DNA of 5,439 nt from assembly GCF_003334785.1 (NCBI RefSeq), contig NZ_QOWV01000044.1; one strand, written 5' to 3'. The notes below the pieces were generated by a model. It made no database searches. It worked only from the letters and a program-made list of their open reading frames with translations, and was not told where the DNA came from. Position numbers and translations under genes: made by a program. Shown here piece after piece: positions 1 through 5,439 of the stretch. How positions within the stretch are numbered: the stretch's first letter is position 1; each line of letters begins with the position of its first letter. This DNA comes from Escherichia coli (GTDB taxonomy: Bacteria > Pseudomonadota > Gammaproteobacteria > Enterobacterales > Enterobacteriaceae).

Positions 1-60
1 GAATGGCCCTCCAACCGTGTTGACGAACTCCTGCCATGGAACGTAGTACTCACCAATAAA

Positions 61-92
61 TAAGCGTCAATACGGTGTTCCGTTGACGCTTA
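61..92 (-). terminator. Stem-loop, possible intrinsic terminator for leftward (minus-strand) transcription
   Basis: Seen in sequence: a perfect 10-bp inverted repeat, TAAGCGTCAA (61-70) and TTGACGCTTA (83-92), around a 12-nt loop that can itself form a 3-bp inner stem (CGG 73-75 with CCG 80-82). On the minus-strand transcript the stem is followed by UUUAUUGG (complement of 53-60). On the plus strand the following bases are not U-rich. It lies about 140 nt downstream of the 234-425 minus-strand gene. Confidence 0.35.
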
Positions 93-233
93 CTATAAAC
101 GTTTCCTGGGATGCGCTGAACACGGCATACAGTGAACACCCGGAGTGGTTTTCTGGGCTTGTCTCCGGGGATGAGAATTAATAAATGGATTATGCTGCCA
201 TCAGGCAGTGTGATTGCCGGCAGGGATTTCGTT

Positions 234-425
234 TTATTCTGTTTCTTCCCGGGGTTCGGGTTTGAATTTTCCCAGAAAGTTGTACATCGGTCGCATGCAG
301 GGATGCGGATAGCCGTCCCGCATAAACACCACCCGGGTTTCCTCAACACTGGTCACGGTGACAAGCGCACCATGATCGTCTTTGTATCGCTGATTGACTT
401 TCGGTAATGGAACATCTTCTGACAT
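234..425 (-). CDS. Small hypothetical protein, 63 aa; possibly DUF4222-like
   Basis: ORF with an ATG start at 425 and a TAA stop; an in-frame stop lies 8 codons upstream, so ATG is the only plausible start. No clear Shine-Dalgarno sequence. The translation (MSEDVPLPKVNQRYKDDHGALVTVTSVEETRVVFMRDGYPHPCMRPMYNFLGK...) is compositionally protein-like, with a YKDDHGALVTVT...RDGYPHPC pattern that I recall from small DUF4222-type proteins of enterobacterial islands and prophages. The family assignment is from memory only. The overlapping ORFs 50-349(-) and 132-407(+) are less protein-like. Confidence 0.5.
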   Translation of the reverse strand: MSEDVPLPKVNQRYKDDHGALVTVTSVEETRVVFMRDGYPHPCMRPMYNFLGKFKPEPREETE

Positions 426-1055
426 AAATTTTAGTACGGTAACAGTTAACTAAATTTTCATGTGGTAGCACTGAATCAGGAGACTGCGTTTCCTGATGTG
501 CGCTGTTAATTTTCTGTTTTTACGAAACATTTTCCCCTTCTTCCTGTGTATTTTATTGCGCTCCTCCTTTCATGTCCTTCCCATATCCTGAAACTCACTT
601 AAATGCTGTTGAATCGTCACGCATTGCAATTTTCAATGACTGAAATCAAAAATTGCTACTTTTTAGGCTAACCAACTGTATTAAAAGCATTCAGTGGAAT
701 AATTTTCTGCACTTTTCCATTAATTATGGTTATAAATTTTGCAATGTGCTGTTTTTGCGATATGTGACAGAATAAAGAACTGTTCATTTGTGCTATATCG
801 ATCGATAAATCTGTCATATTGCTGTAGTTCAGATCATTATTCTATAATGATCAAAAATAAGTCAGCTAAAAATTGGCAGATTTATTGCTCAGCATTCTGG
901 TACCGGTTGATGCGGGTAAATACCGGAAGGGCGGTAGCGTGCCATCGCAAAACATGGTGGGAGGTATCGTCAGGAGGCTGGTGATTGTTGGTATGACATG
1001 AATAAAAGGTTTTTCGTTTGACTGGAAAATTATGTTGCAGGAACGAGAGGGCTGA
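426..1055. promoter_or_regulatory. AT-rich non-coding region, likely promoter and silencing region
   Basis: Hand count of 661-780 gives about 30% G+C, against about 50% in a sampled stretch of the helicase gene (2281-2340). The only ORFs here (739-984 plus, 866-1102 minus) are Cys/Ser/Trp-rich and lack ribosome-binding sites. AT-rich tracts of this kind in horizontally acquired DNA are typical H-NS targets (established knowledge); binding is not shown by the sequence. Confidence 0.4.
819..848 (+). promoter_or_regulatory. Candidate sigma70-type promoter (-35 TTGCTG, 18-bp spacer, -10 TATAAT)
   Basis: Seen in sequence: TTGCTG at 819-824 and a perfect TATAAT at 843-848, oriented rightward toward the tpsB remnant and helicase gene. 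AT-rich DNA contains many chance promoter-like hexamers, so this is weak. Confidence 0.15.
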
Positions 1056-1517
1056 GGAACAAAGCTTATTCCGGCGCTGTCCGTCCTTGCTGTCACTGAC
1101 ACTGATGTCTGTTTTATTATCGCCTTTATCTCTTCAGGCCGCGGATATCAGCGCCAGCTGAGCAATACCCCGCTGACCCCACAGGAACAGTTTGCCATCG
1201 GTAACCGCTGGACGGTTCGTGGTTTTGACGGGGAGCGAACGCTGAATGCCAGTAACGGCTGGTATATCCGCAACGACCTGGCCTGGCGTACGCCACTGCC
1301 GGAGCAGGAGTTATATCTGGGAATGGATTACGGCGAGGTGGGGGGAGCCGGCAGTGAATACCTGGTGGGACGTCATCTGGCCGGTGGTGTTGTGGGGCTG
1401 AGGGGGCAACTGTTCAGTACGGATTATGACGTTTTCATCGGTCGTCCGTTTTCAAAACCGGCGGGTTTTATGACGAGTGATGTGACAGCCGGTTTTAATC
1501 TGTTCCGGGATTTCTGA
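1056..1517 (+). pseudogene. 3' remnant of an Omp85-superfamily two-partner-secretion transporter (TpsB; ShlB/FhaC/CdiB-like hemolysin-activator family)
   Basis: The reading frame is open from the stop at 1053-1055 to TGA at 1515-1517, but the first ATG is at 1323, with no credible start or signal peptide. The translation ...[59 protein letters not shown]...[25 protein letters not shown] contains the conserved (V/I)RG(F/Y) loop-L6 motif of Omp85/TpsB barrels (VRGF at 1215-1226) about 100 residues before a C-terminal aromatic residue (terminal F). Only about 150 codons are present; full-length TpsB proteins are about 550 aa. Confidence 0.6.
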
Positions 1518-1526
1518 GAAAATTTC

Positions 1527-3305
<1,779 letters not shown>

Positions 3306-3730
3306 TACCGGACCATTTTTTTATTCCGGACTTTCACCATACTGTTATTATCAGGTTTATTTAATTCACCATGAACCCATAATTTCACGATATTCAGATG
3401 CGTCTTTTTTATCTGAACCACTCTCCGCACTCCTGGCACTGGAATGTCAGATTCAGACCCCAGGAAGCCGTATATACTGGCAATGATACCTGTCATATAA
3501 TCATTACCTGTAATCAGTCAGGTTTTCATTTAACCAGGGACGGACAACGGCTGTTCACTGAGCGTTATATCAGAAACCTTAATGAGCTGTTACCTGTTCT
3601 GAAACGGCGGTGGGATGTGACGCCGGCAATTATCCGCGCGGTGGAATACCTTTCCCGGGTCCCGGTATCACACTGATGTTCTTTCCGTAACTGTTAATCA
3701 TGATTTAATACAGCAACACCGAATCTGCCG

Positions 3731-4804
3731 ATGACTTCTGAAGTGAAACTGAAAACCGGTGGTGACCCCCGGTCATTACCGGATTATGCTGCCCTGCGCG
3801 ATGAAATCAGCAAACTGACCCACCCGGCACGCCCGGATGTGGACTGGCGTTACGTGGAAACGCTCTGCCTGCGTCTGTATGAACACAATGGCGTGGAATT
3901 ACAGACGGCATCCTGGTACACCATCGCCCGGATGCATACAACAGGGTTAAGTGGCCTGAATGAAGGGCTGGCTCTGATTGTGGCGCTGACCCGGCATCAC
4001 TGGTCAGTGATGTGGCCGCTGAATACACACGCCCGGCTGGAAATTATTACCGGTCTGTTCAACCGTCTGCAAAAAACGCTCCGGGCCATGCCACCGGATG
4101 ACCGTGACAACCTGCCCCTGCTGTATCAGACCGAAACATTCCTGAAGGAACTGAGTGACACACTGGCCCGGTACGAACTTAAACAGAGCAGTAAAGTGGC
4201 TTTACCGGAAGCCATGGTGAAGGGATATATCACCCGTCTGGAAAATCAGCCGGTGCAGGGCGAAGCGTCGTCTCCGGTAACCCTTCCGGCTCAGGCACTC
4301 CGGTCTGATGCTCGGGACGTACAGGAACATCAGCCCCTGCCGCACTCCCGTCTGGTGTATGTTGTTTCTGAAACAAAAGCAGGGCCCACACCCTCCCTTC
4401 AAAAATCCCCTCCCACGTTTCTGAAACCGTTTGTGACTGGTGTCTGTGCGGCATTGCTGGCGGTCAGCGTGGCCATTCCGGGATGGCAGTATCTGACACA
4501 GCCATCACCGGCGGAGCAGCAACTCAGGGCGCTGCTGACACCACCACCGGATGTGCTTTCAGCAGACCAGATGACACAGCTCAGCAGAACACCCTCACTG
4601 TTAAATCATGCGTCAGAGTGGATAACCCTTTCCGGTCAGCAGATAACGCGACTGACAGAATTACCCCCGGCATATAACCTGCAGCGCAGTGCGCAGTTGC
4701 TGCAGCAACTGATGGTACTTTTCCCCGACAATCGTAAGCGTAAACTGACCGCCGTATGTAGCCATCAGACGAGAATTGGTAACTTAGACGCCCATCTGAT
4801 ATAG
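3731..4804 (+). CDS. Type VI secretion-associated ImpA_N-domain membrane protein (VasL/TssA-like); 3' end apparently replaced by IS66-family terminal sequence
   Basis: ORF of 357 aa. The N-terminal roughly 130 aa (GGDPRSLPDYAALRDEISKLTHPARPDVDWRYVETLCLRLYEHNGVELQTASWYTIARMHTTGLSGLNEGLALIVALTRHHWSVMWP) fit the ImpA N-terminal domain pattern of TssA/VasL proteins, as recalled. A single predicted transmembrane segment FLKPFVTGVCAALLAVSVAIPGW lies at about 4418-4486, consistent with VasL-like topology. The last 23 codons (from about 4733) are encoded by sequence starting with GTAAGCG, which I interpret as the IS66-family terminal inverted repeat, so the native C-terminus is probably lost. No strong Shine-Dalgarno sequence precedes the ATG. 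Confidence 0.55.
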   Translation: MTSEVKLKTGGDPRSLPDYAALRDEISKLTHPARPDVDWRYVETLCLRLYEHNGVELQTASWYTIARMHTTGLSGLNEGLALIVALTRHHWSVMWPLNTHARLEIITGLFNRLQKTLRAMPPDDRDNLPLLYQTETFLKELSDTLARYELKQSSKVALPEAMVKGYITRLENQPVQGEASSPVTLPAQALRSDARDVQEHQPLPHSRLVYVVSETKAGPTPSLQKSPPTFLKPFVTGVCAALLAVSVAIPGWQYLTQPSPAEQQLRALLTPPPDVLSADQMTQLSRTPSLLNHASEWITLSGQQITRLTELPPAYNLQRSAQLLQQLMVLFPDNRKRKLTAVCSHQTRIGNLDAHLI

Positions 4805-4818
4805 ACGGACATCTAAGT

Positions 4819-5244
4819 ATGGAATTACAGGACTGGCGAAAAGAACCTCGTAAAAACTATTCGAATGAATTCAAACTTCGTATGGTGGAACTGGCATCAC
4901 AACCTGGAGCTTGTGTTGCACAGATTGCACGTGAAAATGGCGTCAATGATAATGTTATTTTCAAATGGCTCAGGCTCTGGCAGAACGAAGGGCGTGTTTC
5001 GCGGCGTCTTCCGGTAACGACCTCTTCTGACACTGGCGTTGAATTATTACCTGTAGAAATAACGCCGGATGAGCAGAAAGAACCTGTGGCGGCCATTGCG
5101 CCGTCTTTATCCACTTCCACTCAGACCAGAGTCAGTGCCAGTTCCTGCAAGGTGGAATTCCGTCACGGTAACATGACGCTGGAAAATCCATCGCCAGAGC
5201 TGCTCACAGTGTTGATCCGTGAACTGACCGGGAGGGGAAGATGA
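4819..5244 (+). CDS. tnpA: IS66-family accessory protein OrfA (TnpA), 141 aa
   Basis: Translation MELQDWRKEPRKNYSNEFKLRMVELASQPGACVAQIARENGVNDNVIFKWLRLWQNEGR... matches my recollection of IS66/ISEc8-type orf1 proteins, which carry a helix-turn-helix-like N-terminal region. The stop overlaps the orfB start. Confidence 0.85.
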   Translation: MELQDWRKEPRKNYSNEFKLRMVELASQPGACVAQIARENGVNDNVIFKWLRLWQNEGRVSRRLPVTTSSDTGVELLPVEITPDEQKEPVAAIAPSLSTSTQTRVSASSCKVEFRHGNMTLENPSPELLTVLIRELTGRGR

Positions 5245-5439
5245 TCTCACTCCCATCAGGTACCCGTATCTGGCTCGTTGCCGGCGTTACCGATATGCGT
5301 AAATCCTTCAACGGACTGGGAGAACAGGTACAACATGTGCTGAATGATAATCCCTTCTCCGGTCACCCGGAGCAACACCTCCGCCCCTTCCGGGGTATCC
5401 TGCAGGCGGATGCGTTCACAGGTTACGACAGGTTGTTCA
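5241..5439 (+). CDS. tnpB: IS66-family OrfB (TnpB) N-terminus, partial at window edge; apparently fused in-frame to a transposase (TnpC)-like segment
   Basis: Translation MISLPSGTRIWLVAGVTDMRKSFNGLGEQVQHVLNDNPFSGH matches the IS66 orfB N-terminus as I recall it. The following residues PEQHLRPFRGILQADAFTGYDRLF do not match the expected continuation (LF.FRGRRGD...), and instead resemble the G.LQ.DGY.GY motif region of IS66 DDE transposases. The ORF is open to the window end. Confidence 0.6.
   Translation, partial: MISLPSGTRIWLVAGVTDMRKSFNGLGEQVQHVLNDNPFSGHPEQHLRPFRGILQADAFTGYDRLF

Larger units (their letters stand above)
4734..5439 (+). mobile_element. IS66-family insertion sequence, left end and 5' portion (continues beyond the window; possibly internally deleted)
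   Basis: GTAAGCG at 4734-4740 resembles the characteristic terminal sequence of IS66-family inverted repeats (from memory). orfA starts 85 bp inside at 4819. orfA and orfB overlap in the ATGA arrangement typical of IS66 elements (orfA stop TGA 5242-5244, orfB ATG 5241-5243). The right end is not in the window. Confidence 0.75.

Noticed and set aside
50-349. 99-aa ORF on the minus strand
   Set aside because: Overlaps the more protein-like 63-aa ORF (234-425) in another frame; translation is Cys/Pro/Arg-rich and low-complexity; no ribosome-binding site.
132-407. 91-aa ORF on the plus strand
   Set aside because: Antisense to the 63-aa gene; composition (Phe/Gly/His runs) is not protein-like; likely a shadow ORF.
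775-810. Possible CRP-like site (TGTGAC...TGTTCA) and the ATCGATCGAT palindrome
   Set aside because: The TGTGA half-site has no properly spaced TCACA partner, and the palindrome is short and AT-rich; both are plausible chance occurrences.
739-984. 81-aa ORF on the plus strand inside the AT-rich block
   Set aside because: Cys/Ser/Tyr/Trp-rich translation typical of AT-rich non-coding DNA; no ribosome-binding site; the SD-like AGGAGG at 972-977 is near its 3' end, not its start.
866-1102. 78-aa ORF on the minus strand
   Set aside because: Overlaps the AT-rich block and the tpsB remnant antisense; no supporting signals.
1323-1517. 64-aa ORF as a stand-alone gene
   Set aside because: It is the ATG-initiated tail of a longer open frame (from 1056) that reads as the C-terminal barrel region of a TpsB transporter; better explained as a pseudogene fragment than as a small protein.
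3807-4677. ORFs of 64-74 aa nested in the VasL-like gene (3807-4028, 4202-4402, 4230-4454 on minus; 4483-4677 on plus)
   Set aside because: Shadow ORFs within a GC-richer coding region; Arg/Pro/Gly/Ala-rich translations characteristic of off-frame reading.
4857-5120. 87-aa ORF antisense to IS66 orfA
   Set aside because: Antisense shadow ORF inside a recognisable IS66 orfA.

Overview
This window reads as a decayed, mosaic accessory region of an enterobacterial-type genome (organism inferred from codon usage and IS66-family resemblance, not verified). Left to right: (1) a strong hairpin at 61-92; (2) a 63-aa small protein on the minus strand (234-425); (3) about 600 bp of strongly AT-rich non-coding DNA with no credible ORF; (4) the 3' remnant of an Omp85-superfamily two-partner-secretion transporter (TpsB; ShlB/FhaC/CdiB-like), open from 1056 to 1517 with no credible start; (5) an intact 592-aa gene (1527-3305) fusing an N-terminal NERD (PD-(D/E)xK) nuclease domain to a compact UvrD-like SF1 helicase with all motifs apparently intact, which is the most interesting element and a candidate single-gene defence or DNA-processing system; (6) a 425-bp AT-rich spacer; (7) a T6SS-associated ImpA_N-domain membrane protein (VasL/TssA-like, 3731-4804) whose 3' end appears to run into the left end of an IS66-family element (terminal GTAAGCG at about 4734); (8) IS66-family orfA (4819-5244) and the start of orfB (5241 onward), where orfB seems to switch after about 42 codons into a transposase (tnpC)-like segment, suggesting an internally deleted IS copy. 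All family assignments are from motif recognition by eye; no database search was run.
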